Shown here: positions 11,981 to 24,137 of the stretch, piece by piece | Numbering within the stretch: position 1 is the first letter of the stretch | Layout of the letters: every line of letters begins with the position of its first letter | DNA from: Octopus bimaculoides | Lineage: Eukaryota | Assembly (NCBI RefSeq): GCF_001194135.2 | Contig: NC_068987.1 | Span: 13,337,980-13,401,979, forward strand | Reading direction: 5' to 3' | DNA length: 64,000 bases | Notes under the pieces: generated by a model | What the model was told of the DNA's origin: nothing | The model's input: the letters and a program-made list of their open reading frames with translations, nothing else | Database searches by the model: none | Translations under genes and position numbers: made by a program

Positions 11981-13238
11981 TCCAATTATTGTTATTGGCA
12001 GAATCGCTAGAGCATTGAATAAAATATCTTGTATTCTTCCAGCTCTTTACGTTCTGAGTTCAAATCCCACTGAGGCCATCTTGGTCTTTCATCCACTTAT
12101 AATAAATAAAATAAAGTAGCATCAGGTACTCAATGAAATCAGCAGCTCATTTAGAATCCAAAGTTGGAACTGCTTAACAACCTCAATTCCCCCTTAGTAA
12201 TAATACCCTAAAGAAAAGAATTTAACCCACCACATCTCTTTTCCAAGTCCTTAAATGTCATCAGCTTCTGTGTGAGAAAAGATTGGTGTTATCATCCCGA
12301 AACCTGTAATGAATTTACTAGTTGCTGCCTTCCACATGAGACCTTCAGGTTCTACTGTAGGTAAAGGTGCAGGGCCTAATGGTTAAGGTACTGGACTCAA
12401 GAGTTCAATTCTTGGACCCGGTGGTGGTGTATTGCTTCCTTGAGCAAAGCACTTCGTTCTACATTGCCCCGGGAGGGGAGTTAGCTTTGCAATGGACTGG
12501 TGGCCCATTCAGTGAGGTATCTTACGTCAGTACCAGTAGCACCTGGAGAAGGGAGTTAACTCTGTGTGGCACTGGTGCCTTGTAATGGTCAGTCATCTAA
12601 AGGTCTTGAAAATCTAGATACGCACTAACCATGACTCCCTAGGTTCACGACTGACTTTTTTCTTTGACAAAACACTTAAGGCTTTTACCTATTCAAAAAG
12701 TTATCAGTACTACTACTGCCTACACCACAACTGCTATAGTGTCTAATTTTGTAGTAATCAAAATAAAATTACCATTATGTGCACTTTATCTATTGAACTG
12801 TTAAGAATTTGGGTACATTTTACTTTAGTATGATTAAAATCCAATGATAAGGAGAAGCCAAAACTATATATATATATATATAGACATATTACATACATAT
12901 AAGAGGGATGACCACTAAGTGGACATCCCTTTTGCCAGAAGAAGACCACCCACGGTCTGACCATATATAGATATATGTAAATGTCAAACAATGAGAACAA
13001 GTTCTCAACACTGCATTGGTGGATAAAGATTCATTTTTGTATTAAGGCTACCATTGGTTTCATGTTAAGAAAATATCAAAATATCTTAACACTTTTTCAA
13101 GTCAATCACATGGAGGAATTGGGATTCGTCAGTTCCTACATGTGATCAGCTTAAAAAATTGGTAAGACATTATGATATTTTTTAACATGAAACCAATGGT
13201 AACCTTAATACAAATATACATGTTATTATTATTATTTT

Positions 13239-13281
<43 letters not shown>

Positions 13282-13291
13282 NNNNNNNNNN

Positions 13292-13330
<39 letters not shown>

Positions 13331-14217
13331 GCACTTCTTGGGGGCTGTGGGTTCGTCTCTCATGGGTATTTGTTGACAATTTCTTACCACCTTTTTCTAC
13401 TGTTTTAATGGCTATACTGCATTCAAATATATCACTTTCTCATTTGTATCATATGATACACATTTGGCGCTTCTAAAAAACAAATGTAAGTTTGTTTATA
13501 TACACACATGATTGTTATATATTTAAATATATATATAAATCAACTTGGATGAGATTATGTTTAGTGCTGTGATAAATTTACGTGTATTTCTGTTAATAAC
13601 CTCAATGTTATTTTCAGCAAAGTGAGATATCATATTTTAATATAAAACCATTTACTGGTGCTCAAAAGTGGTCTCACATTTCTTTTAATTAATTAGTTAA
13701 GTATTCTTTTTAAGACTGGATCACAACAACCAATATCTTTTCACTTTCTTTTTTACATAACTTCTCTATCTCTGGGCTCAGTTTTGTTTGTTTGTCTAAT
13801 CCTTACAGTTTTAACAAAGAATATTTCTCATTGTTAACTAACAGAGCTATTCTCCATCAAAATGGTTCTTTCAAAGCTACAAGCTGACAAATACTTGATG
13901 AAATTGAAATGTATTTCAACCATGGCCACCGTGAATAAAGACATGGTGGCCATTGATATAGAATGTCATTTTCTAAGATTTTGAAGTTTAAAATGTGTGA
14001 TCTCTGTTTTACAATAGCCAAGAACTTTATTGAGGGAGATTTCACTAACTCATTGAACAGATCAAGCAAATATGTCCAAATTGTCTTGTAAGGTCAATAC
14101 GTACCAATAATATACAGAGTCATGATTCCATCAACTATGGTCTCGTTCTTTTACAAAAGAAAATTGGCCTGATTTTACTTTAAAGAAATCGTCGCTATTT
14201 ATATATATATATATATA

Positions 14218-14405
14218 TATCTGTAAAAATATGGGACACTTATTCGGTAGCCATGATAAAACTCTGAGTTTCGGATGCCGGGGTGGAAGCCCACGCCAAC
14301 ATCTCTTCAGTTATCCGGCCATGTTGGCGTGGGCTCCCACCCTGGCATCCAAAACTCGGAGTTTTATCATGGCTACCAAATAAGTGTCACATATTTTTAC
14401 AGATA
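14218..14405. repeat. Long inverted repeat (85-bp arms, 6 mismatches, 18-nt loop)
   Basis: Arms 14218-14302 and 14321-14405; loop ctcttcagttatccggcc. Confidence 0.95.
14255..14315 (-). ncRNA. Candidate minimal type I hammerhead ribozyme, canonical core
   Basis: Minus strand: GAUAA CUGAAGA [gauguugg c gugg gcuu ccac cc ccggcauc c] GAAA CUCAGAG UU UUAUC. Stem I 5 bp, extendable across a bulge; long stem II; palindromic stem III. Confidence 0.7.
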
Positions 14406-14464
14406 AATTCCTCTATTTACATAATATCGAGGTCTCATTCTTTCTTTTGTCATCCTTCCTATTA

Positions 14465-14498
<34 letters not shown>

Positions 14499-14620
14499 AC
14501 TTGGGGATGGTCATATTGCCAGTTTAGCCAATAAAAACACACGCACTGTATATTTGGTGTTAATTTGCTTCAGCTTTATATTATCTTAATCTTATTTCGG
14601 CCAGAGTTCTCTCGTCACAC

Positions 14621-15376
14621 NNNNNNNNNNNNNNNNNNNNNNNNNNNNNNNNNNNNNNNNNNNNNNNNNNNNNNNNNNNNNNNNNNNNNNNNNNNNNNNN
14701 NNNNNNNNNNNNNNNNNNNNNNNNNNNNNNNNNNNNNNNNNNNNNNNNNNNNNNNNNNNNNNNNNNNNNNNNNNNNNNNNNNNNNNNNNNNNNNNNNNNN
14801 NNNNNNNNNNNNNNNNNNNNNNNNNNNNNNNNNNNNNNNNNNNNNNNNNNNNNNNNNNNNNNNNNNNNNNNNNNNNNNNNNNNNNNNNNNNNNNNNNNNN
14901 NNNNNNNNNNNNNNNNNNNNNNNNNNNNNNNNNNNNNNNNNNNNNNNNNNNNNNNNNNNNNNNNNNNNNNNNNNNNNNNNNNNNNNNNNNNNNNNNNNNN
15001 NNNNNNNNNNNNNNNNNNNNNNNNNNNNNNNNNNNNNNNNNNNNNNNNNNNNNNNNNNNNNNNNNNNNNNNNNNNNNNNNNNNNNNNNNNNNNNNNNNNN
15101 NNNNNNNNNNNNNNNNNNNNNNNNNNNNNNNNNNNNNNNNNNNNNNNNNNNNNNNNNNNNNNNNNNNNNNNNNNNNNNNNNNNNNNNNNNNNNNNNNNNN
15201 NNNNNNNNNNNNNNNNNNNNNNNNNNNNNNNNNNNNNNNNNNNNNNNNNNNNNNNNNNNNNNNNNNNNNNNNNNNNNNNNNNNNNNNNNNNNNNNNNNNN
15301 NNNNNNNNNNNNNNNNNNNNNNNNNNNNNNNNNNNNNNNNNNNNNNNNNNNNNNNNNNNNNNNNNNNNNNNNNNNN
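14621..15376. other. Assembly gap (largest of about 14 N runs)
   Basis: N run. Others at 6625-6895, 8918-9018, 10094-10340, 13282-13291, 16323-16815, 23174-23183, 26408-26543, 34121-34327, 48982-49262, 57386-57758, 59995-60434; almost all are bounded by microsatellites. Confidence 1.
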
Positions 15377-15801
15377 ATATATACACACACACACATACAT
15401 GTATATATAAATTATTCCCTATATATTATTACATGTATGCACACATATATATATATATGTGCATACATTTATATATACACACATACATTTATATATACAT
15501 ACATATATATTTTCACATATATTTATACATGTGTATGCAGATATATGTACATATATATGTGTCTGTACATATCTACGTATGTATGTGCATGCATATGCAT
15601 GCATGTATGTGTATTTTATTCAGTAACCAAAAGAAATAACCGGAGATAACCTTGAAAAGTCACCTATTGTGTGTTCATCAAGATAATAGATTACTCTGCA
15701 TGTGATATCATGTTTTGTTTATCCTCTCTTTCTCATTGTTAAACTAGATATAATGACAGTGCAATGACTCTTTAGAAAGGTCTTCTTTCTTTCTTTCTTT
15801 T

Positions 15802-15852
<51 letters not shown>

Positions 15853-16281
15853 ACTGTCGAAAATTGCAAGCTGTATGGAAAAATAAAAATGAAACGGTAG
15901 TCTCAGATTTTTCTAGAATTGTTCCAAATGTCTTTTGTTGTGAATATGCACTGCTACAAACTATGTTTACCATCTTTATCACAAATATCACTATGTATGT
16001 GTACGTGTACAAACCTATGTTGATATATATGTACATGTTCATATGTAAATGTACATCCATGTATATATATATATATATACGTAAATATATGCTTACACAT
16101 ATACACGTACATATATATATATATATATATATGTGTTACTATATATATAATAGAATGTATGTGTATATATGTATTTCTGTGTATGTTTGTATATATACGT
16201 GTATTTATATGTATGTGTGTATGTATATATATGTGTATGTATTTATCTGTGTGTGTATATATATGTATGTACATATGTATG

Positions 16282-16322
<41 letters not shown>

Positions 16323-17375
16323 NNNNNNNNNNNNNNNNNNNNNNNNNNNNNNNNNNNNNNNNNNNNNNNNNNNNNNNNNNNNNNNNNNNNNNNNNNNNNN
16401 NNNNNNNNNNNNNNNNNNNNNNNNNNNNNNNNNNNNNNNNNNNNNNNNNNNNNNNNNNNNNNNNNNNNNNNNNNNNNNNNNNNNNNNNNNNNNNNNNNNN
16501 NNNNNNNNNNNNNNNNNNNNNNNNNNNNNNNNNNNNNNNNNNNNNNNNNNNNNNNNNNNNNNNNNNNNNNNNNNNNNNNNNNNNNNNNNNNNNNNNNNNN
16601 NNNNNNNNNNNNNNNNNNNNNNNNNNNNNNNNNNNNNNNNNNNNNNNNNNNNNNNNNNNNNNNNNNNNNNNNNNNNNNNNNNNNNNNNNNNNNNNNNNNN
16701 NNNNNNNNNNNNNNNNNNNNNNNNNNNNNNNNNNNNNNNNNNNNNNNNNNNNNNNNNNNNNNNNNNNNNNNNNNNNNNNNNNNNNNNNNNNNNNNNNNNN
16801 NNNNNNNNNNNNNNNTGTGTGTATATATATCATCATCATCATCGTTTAACGTCCGCTTTCCATGCTAGCATGGGTTGGATGATTTGACTGAGGACTGGTG
16901 AAACTGGATGGCTACACCAGGGATACCAAATATATAAATCTATTGGAATATCAAAAAAAAAAAAAAAAAGCCCACAGTGATTAATCGTGTCCCACTCAAT
17001 TTGAAAAATGCGTCTTAAATTATTATATGACATATGACATTTTTTTTGATTAAATAAATTTTGTATTTCAACTATTGTGTGAAATATATTCTTTTTTATA
17101 TATTTTTACCTTTATACATTATCATTTTGCATCCATTTTATTTCCGTGCCTGCATTAGTTGGATCGTCTTTTCCAACACAGCGTCTTTGCATTTGTCATC
17201 TGTTTAGTAAGGTTCAGCCTCTTAAATTCAGCATTTACCACTCCTTCCTATGTCTTCTCTCCAGGTCTTTCTTCTTGGATTACTTAGCGCTTTTTTTACA
17301 CATCATACACATCATGTGTTTTCTCTACCAATCCACATTTCTATCTTGCCGGCAACAACAATATATATATAAATG

Positions 17376-17705
17376 AAGGTGCATGGCTCAGTGGTTAGAG
17401 CGTTGAGCTTACGATCGTAAGGTTGTGAGTTTGATTCCCAGACCAGGCTGCATGTTATGTTCTTGAGCAAGACACTTTATTTCACGTTGCTCCAGTTTAC
17501 TCAGCTGTAGAAATGAGTTGTGACATCACTGGTGCCAAGCTGTATCCGGCCTTTACCTTTCCCTTGGATAACATCAGTGGAGAGGGGAGGCTGGTATGCA
17601 TGGGCGATTGCTGGCCTTCCACAAACAACCTTGCCTGGACTTATACCTTGGAGGGTAACTTTCTAGGTGCAATCCCATGGTCATTCATGACTGAAGGAGG
17701 TCTCC
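17376..17705 (+). mobile_element. tRNA-derived SINE family 4
   Basis: Head gcatggctcagtggttagagcgttgagcttacg...gtttgattcccagacc, body ctcagctgtagaaatgagttg, tail gtgcaatcccatggtcattcatgactgaagg. Reverse copies at 42792-43093, 55410-55610, 21215-21420; degenerate copies at about 12366 and 40970. Confidence 0.8.
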
Positions 17706-18789
17706 CTCCTCCTCCTCATATATATGTGTGTGTATATATATCATCATCATCATCGTTTAACGTCCGCTTTCCATGCTAGCATGGGTTGGATGATTTGACT
17801 GAGGACTGGTGAAACTGGATGGCTACACCAGGCTCCAATCTGATTTGGCAGAGTTTCTACAGCTGGATGCCCTTCCTAACGCCAACCACTCAGAGAGTGT
17901 AGAGGGTGCTTAAAAAAAAATATCTGAACAAGAAACACAATACAACAACAAACAAAAAGAAAGAAAGCACAAAAACTGAAATAAAAAAATATTCTTTTAT
18001 TTTTTTTACTAATTTCTGAGACTGCTGGTTCAGGAAAAACATCTGGCTTTAGAAAATCTGCCTCAACAAATTCCATCTCATCCATGCAAGCATAGAAAAG
18101 GAGACATTAAAATGATAATGAAGATGACAACAAGAATAATAATGGTGGTGGTGGTGGTGGTGAATATGATAATATGAGAGGAGCAGGTAGAAATCATTGG
18201 TGAAAGTTAGATGAGTATTAATAAAAAGTAAAAGAAAGATAGTTCAAACACACATACATGCAATTATTGATACCCTACGAAGCTTAGGTGTGATCCCCAC
18301 AAAGGAGTAATGCTCTCACTCCTGGGATGGTGCTGCTGCTGGGGTGGTGCACTGCACACACAGGCAAGAGACTGTATCCAGAAAAGGCCCACCCAACTGA
18401 TTTGCATAATGTCAATCACCGACATATCTCCAGCTCACAGATTATCATATTAAATGATTGTCTCCTCTCTGCATTTTCTATATCTACTATAAAGGCTTGC
18501 TCATCAGATCACATTGCATTCATTCTACCCCCACTCAGGCATTCTTTATCATACTTATCTCTCCTTCTCCCCTCAACCTTTCTTTCCTCCAACTCCCCGA
18601 GGCTTTAAACTAATCTCTATACCACCTGTAAGTAGGTTAAAATTATACCTACTGAAATTCATTTTCATTCTTCTTCACCCAGATCCAAATGGAACTCTTT
18701 TTAGCTTCTTCATCATCTAATATGCACACACACATACACACACACATATACACACCCATTTATATTATTCATCAACAAGAACAGTATTG

Positions 18790-18834
18790 ACAGTAACTTT
18801 GAAATTTCAACCTGTAAAGCCATCATCAGACTGT
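18790..18834 (-). ncRNA. Decayed minimal type I hammerhead-like motif
   Basis: Minus strand: ACAGU CUGAUGA uggcuuuacagguu GAAA UUUCAAAG UU ACUGU. Perfect core and 5-bp stem I; stem II holds only by G.U wobbles. Confidence 0.5.
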
Positions 18835-18989
18835 GGTACATTTGAGTTAATCTTGGTTTTGTATGGTCTCTGTTAAGTTAAAATTTACTGGGGTAGGTCA
18901 AACTCTATTGAATGATAATTAGGAAATGTATAATGGAAAAGTTTTTAAGGGAAAGGTATTATAGAAGATTTTCTATTGATTAAATTTGG

Positions 18990-19600
18990 AGTTGTGTTCA
19001 GAATTCAGTCATGCTTGAAGAACTTTGTAATCAGGTGTATCTATTTAGGTGTGTCAGTTACAGATCTTGGGGTTGTTTTTTAGGGGCTCACAAAAGAATG
19101 TAGATAGGTGAAGAGGTTAGTTGATCAATAGATGTGTAATTAGGTTTAGTTGTTGATTAAACCTTTTGATTTGGGACTGTAAAGGATTGTTTAGAATTCA
19201 GTTCAGCATTTAAACCATTGTAATTCTGTTTATTTAGGTGAGTCAGCTTTTTGGTCATGGAATTTTTTAGGGTCCACAAAAGAACGTCAGTGGGTGGAAA
19301 GATTAGTTGGTCAGCAGATGTCTTTATTTGTTGTTGGTATTACTTAGGAGATTTAAATTGTTTGTTTTGGAAAGGTGGAGGTTATCAGTCAAGTATGTAA
19401 AACTCTGATTAGGTGTGTTGATTTAGGTCACAGCATTAGTACAGAAATTTGTTTATCTTGCGCTTTAATGCTCATAAAAGGATATAGGTAACTGTAAAGG
19501 TTAATTGGTCAGCAGATTTCTCACTAAGAATAAATTGTTATTTGATTACTATTTAGAAAATTTAGTGTTTGTGTTTTAGGGAATAAAAGTTTTCACAAAT
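18990..19600. repeat. Three diverged tandem units of about 186-198 bp, G+T-skewed
   Basis: Anchor ca(c/t)aaaag at 19089, 19275 and 19473; anchor ttg(a/g)tca..agat near 19122, 19307 and 19505. Confidence 0.75.
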
Positions 19601-19924
19601 ATTTTTTCTCTTCAGTGTTAAGTGGGGTTATTTTGTAATGTGTTATTTTAGACCTGTGAATATAAGTAGTGTGGGGCATTTTAAAAACGTGCGCATATAA
19701 TATATAAAGCCAAGATGAACTCAAGTGTACCACAATCCAATGATGGCTCAGCAGATCAAAACTTCAAGGTCCCTGTCAATACTATTCTTGTTAATGAATA
19801 ATAAATATAAACTATAAAAAAGATATTGAGTAATTCTTTAGTTTAATGTTAAATTGTTTTTATTCTAACTCAACATAAAACAAACTTTAGTGTATGTGTA
19901 TGTGTATATATATATATAAACTTT

Positions 19925-19975
<51 letters not shown>

Positions 19976-20179
19976 GCCCTGACTTACACTTATTGAATCA
20001 ACTATGAAGCTTCTATGTGGTTTCTTAACCTGCAAGAAATAGCAGTAAGATGTTCCTACATTCCACCAATCTTCAAAATTTCTTTGAAAAAAATGTAAAG
20101 GGCACATTGCATAATGTAATCCTAGATAGACTACATTCAAAAGAAAGGCTATAATGCCTTCCATCATGGAGTTACTGAC

Positions 20180-20369
20180 CTGGGGATAAACCAAGGCAAC
20201 TAGACATTTCTCTCTTCTCCAGTGGATTTTTCACAATCGATTGAATGAAGTCAGATTGTAATCACGGATCTTGGGAAATCCACGAGTTAACGTGACGTGT
20301 GATCTTCCCATGAGCCATGATTGCAATCAGCGTTAGTCTCCAACATTGGTTTGCTCTCGTCGGTCATCA
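20180..20369 (-). other. Putative downstream exon of the same transcript
   Basis: Acceptor tttttgtttttatttttgtag|TGATGACC. The 3' end is uncertain: donor CAG|gtcagt at 20180 lies in a decayed repeat, or it is a terminal exon with AATAAA near 19858-19863. Confidence 0.35.
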
Positions 20370-20703
20370 CTACAAAAATAAAAACAAAAATTTTGAAAGA
20401 TTGACTGGTTTAGGTAGGTGGTTTGTAGCCAAGATATTATCATGGTTAACCATCAATCCTAGCACAAAAATCCATTCTTGAATTAGACACAATCATCGTA
20501 ATCATCATTTGACTGAGGACTGGTGAACCAGATGGCTGCACCAGGCTCCAATCTGATCTGGCAGAGTTTCTACAGCTGGATGCCCTTCCTAACGCCAACC
20601 ACTCCGAGAGTGTAGTGGGTGCTTTTATGTGCCACCAGCACGAGGGCCAGTCAGGCGGTACTGGCAACGGCCATGCTCAAAATGGTATTTTTTACATGCC
20701 ACC

Positions 20704-20734
<31 letters not shown>

Positions 20735-20806
20735 TTTCTTTAGAAACAGTTCATTGAAATCAATTATGTATATCTAGTGTTTGGAAATAAGAGGAAAGAA
20801 ACTCAC

Positions 20807-20965
20807 TTCAGGAGTGGAATATGAGACAGTCTCTGGTGTCTGTTTAGAATTGAACTCCTTGAGAAAGAAGTTTGTATAGTCCCAGGTGAGGCATGAGTAC
20901 TCCATCAACTCACATCTGGTTCATCTTATCATTGACAGCAACTCTTGTAAAAGGTGATTATTGTT
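20807..20965 (-). other. Putative exon of an unannotated minus-strand transcript
   Basis: Acceptor ttttttttcttttttcggaacag| and donor GAA|gtgagt. Stops in all frames before an internal ATG, so UTR, lncRNA or short-ORF exon. Confidence 0.45.
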
Positions 20966-22462
20966 CTGTTCCGAAAAAAGAAAAAAAAAATGGTTATGTG
21001 AGAGAGAAAGAGGAAAGAATGGTCGCAGTCAAATGAGTGAAATAAGTAAAAAGAAAATACAAAAAAAAAAAACAACAAGGCAAGAAGACTGAGATCTAAC
21101 ATAAGATAATTGAAAGGTAAAGAGTTCAACTCTTGGCAAAATTTCCTATTAGAAACTTTTAGTTCTTGGGTAACTCAAATGAGGTTTAATAATATAATAC
21201 AAAATGTGGCTCATGAGGCCTCCATTCAGGTGGTTTTCCTGAGTCACCATCTCACCTTTGTGTGTCAGTTTGTCACAAAGTTACCTATTTACAGCTGGGT
21301 GGACTGGTGTAACATGAAATGAAGTGTTTTGCTAAGAACACAATGCACAGCTGGTCTGGGAATTGAAATCACAATCTCACAATCATGACTGTGACACCCC
21401 TGGTCCATGCGCCTTCACTATATAATTGTAACATGTAATGAACTAACTAAAGCCTTGTGAGTAGATTTGGTAGAGGGAAACTGAATGAAGCTTGTGTATA
21501 TATCATCATCATCACCGTAATTGTTTAACATCTCTTTTTTCCATGTTGGCATGGGTTGGATGGTTTGACAAGAACCGACAAGCCAGAGAGTTCCATCAGG
21601 TTCTATGTGTCTGTTCTGGCATTGCTTTTACAGCTGGATGTCCTTCCTAACACTAACCACTCAACAGAGTGTACTAGGTGATTTTTACATGACATCAGCA
21701 CCAGTGGGGTTGCCAAGTGCCCAAAAGACAAGACCCCTTAACTAAGCAGAGTATAGACTGGAAGAACAAGCAACTATGATAGAGGAAGAGAATCATGTAT
21801 CTTGCTGAAGAGGTGAAAACACAGACACACACACACACTTATAGATATATCATCGTCATTTAAAGTCCATTTTCTATATTGACATGATGATTGTAAATGA
21901 ATGTTACTCTTAATACAAGCAATGTATGTATATTTCCAATATCCTGCAAAAATATGTCTGGCCATGAAGAAACAGGTAACGGTTGGTGACAGGAAGGGCA
22001 TCCAGCCATAGAAAATCTACGTCAATAATCTTCATCTGACCCATGCAAGCATGGAAAAGTGGATGTTAAAACGATAGTAGAGGTGGTTGTGGTGGTCGTC
22101 GTCATCATGGCAGTGGAGGGGGGGTTGAGATATATACACCACATTTTTAAAAATGCTTCTTCAAGGCGAGGGTTTGAAGAGTATAGGTTTTGTGAACATT
22201 GCAAATACGAATATGAAGTTGTTTTTTCACAATAATTTAATCATTTAGTATCCAGACTTTAATATATTCTTTCTTCAAGCAAAAACTAATACCAACTATA
22301 AATACTCTAAATGAAACAAATGAGATTATTAGATAATTATGAATGTGATTATTAGATAATTATTAGATTATTAGATAATGGTGAGTAAAACTGGAAAGAG
22401 TTATTATTCCCAAGATGTTTCTGGAAATAACGAAGATGATGGTCTTTGATAAAATTCTTTAC

Positions 22463-22886
22463 GTATTCGTTGTGCGTGAGAAGACCCGGCAAGCCAAGTA
22501 AGATCGTTGCCAGTGCCCCTGGACTGGCTCTTGTGCGGGTGGCACATGAGATGCACCATTTTGAGCGTGGCCGTTGCCAGTACCGCCTGACTGGCTCCCG
22601 TAGGATTTTCGAGTGAGATCGTTGCCAGTGCCCCTGGGCTGGCTCTTGTGCGGGTGGCACATAAAAGACACCATTTCGAGCGTGGCCGTTTTTGTGCGGG
22701 TGACACGTAAAAGCACCCACTACACTCTCTGAGTGGTTGGCGTTAGGAAGGGCATCCAGCTGTAGAAACTCTGCCAAATTAAGATTGGAGCCTGGTGTTG
22801 CCATCCGGTTTTACCAGTCCTCAGTCAAATCGTCCAACCCATGCTAGCATGGAAAGCGGACGTTAAACGATGATGATGATGATGAT
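22463..22886 (+). mobile_element. 3' end of an RTE-type LINE or its SINE derivative, with (GAT)n tail
   Basis: Starts with a short ORF end (VVREKTRQAK*), then diverged tandem units gttgccagt...ggtggcac, then ggcgttaggaagggcatccagctgtagaaactctgcc and a (GAT)n tail. Same tail family at 9779-10010 (+, inside a family 2 SINE), 16831-16921, 17741-17911, 20490-20705, 21500-21720, 43545-43720 (-) and others. RTE assignment is from recall. Confidence 0.7.
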
Positions 22887-22956
22887 TCCTGACTTTCACT
22901 AGTTTTGGCAAGAAACAATTAGTTATTGTAGCTATTAACCACTTCCATATATATAC

Positions 22957-23000
<44 letters not shown>

Positions 23001-23183
23001 ATATCAACATCAAAATGAAAATCAAATGGAAATTGTAGTTGTGATACCCATGCCGGTGGCACGTTAAAAAGCACCATCCGAACGTGGCTGATGCCAATGT
23101 CGCCTTGACTGGCTTCCGTGTCAGTGGCACGTAAAAAGCACCAACCGATCGTGGCTGTTGCCAGCCTCCTCTGNNNNNNNNNN

Positions 23184-23225
<42 letters not shown>

Positions 23226-23505
23226 TTGCGTGTACATACATCTGCCCTTTGACAGGTTTTGTTTTCCATCCATGAAAGGTGTCCAAACATCACCAAGCAA
23301 GTCCCATGTCCCCCTCACCAAACAAGTCCTATGGATTTGTTGGTTTAGTCACTAATAGCCCAGCCATAGCTGGTTTGTACTGAATCACATGATTCACATG
23401 GTTACCAAGTAACAGACCACTGGTTATCAGATCTCTGACCTCACAGAAGTGCATGACAAAGAGTGTGTGAACTCATTAGAGTCAACAAACACCTAACAAC
23501 CTATG

Positions 23506-23568
<63 letters not shown>

Positions 23569-23605
23569 ATAGATTAAGGATATCTTTTCCTCAGTTTGTT
23601 ACTTC

Positions 23606-23692
<87 letters not shown>

Positions 23693-24103
23693 CATACATA
23701 CATACATATACACACACCATATTTTAACGTGTTTAAGGAACCCTTTTTGTTAAAAATTAGGTTTAAAAAATATGGGAGTTTCTTATACATAGATAGTATT
23801 ATAATCCCTTATGAAACCTTTTTTCCAAATTTTAAGCCCCCAAAATTAGGGGATTCCTAATACATGAGGATTCTTTATACACATTAAAATACAGTATATA
23901 TATATATATACACAAGTACACATGTACATGTGCATGTATGTTTGTATGATTGTGTATATGTATATGTGCATGTATGTGTATGTATATGAGTATGTGTGTG
24001 TGCATATGTGTGTGTGTTTGTAGTTGTGTGTGTGTGTATTTCTATGAGTGTATGTACATGTGCGCATATAAGTGTTTATGTGCTTCTATGAGTGTAAGTG
24101 CCT

Positions 24104-24137
<34 letters not shown>

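Noticed and set aside
13857-14069. 70-aa minus-strand ORF as a coding exon
   Set aside because: No recognisable domain and no convincing splice sites.
14565-16887. Long ORFs of 200-330 aa in the track (also 6582, 57266, 59840 and others)
   Set aside because: They run through N gaps and (TA/TG)n tracts; the length is an artefact.
17788-17815. CUGAGGA-cuggu-GAAA in the RTE-tail family as a hammerhead
   Set aside because: Only 5 nt between the cores, so no stem II, and no stem I/III pairing.
16816-17832. 106-bp exact duplicate (16816-16921 and 17727-17832)
   Set aside because: The first copy abuts an N gap, shares the microsatellite flank and breaks abruptly into unrelated sequence; most likely a contig-end assembly artefact.
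19865-20194. 109-aa hydrophobic minus-strand ORF as a membrane protein
   Set aside because: 19990-20195 aligns with a decayed repeat family also seen at about 50460-50690, and the rest is (TA)n.
22500-22710. CRISPR-like repeat-spacer array
   Set aside because: Diverged tandem units inside a eukaryotic retroelement tail; the spacers are themselves repeated and there are no cas genes.
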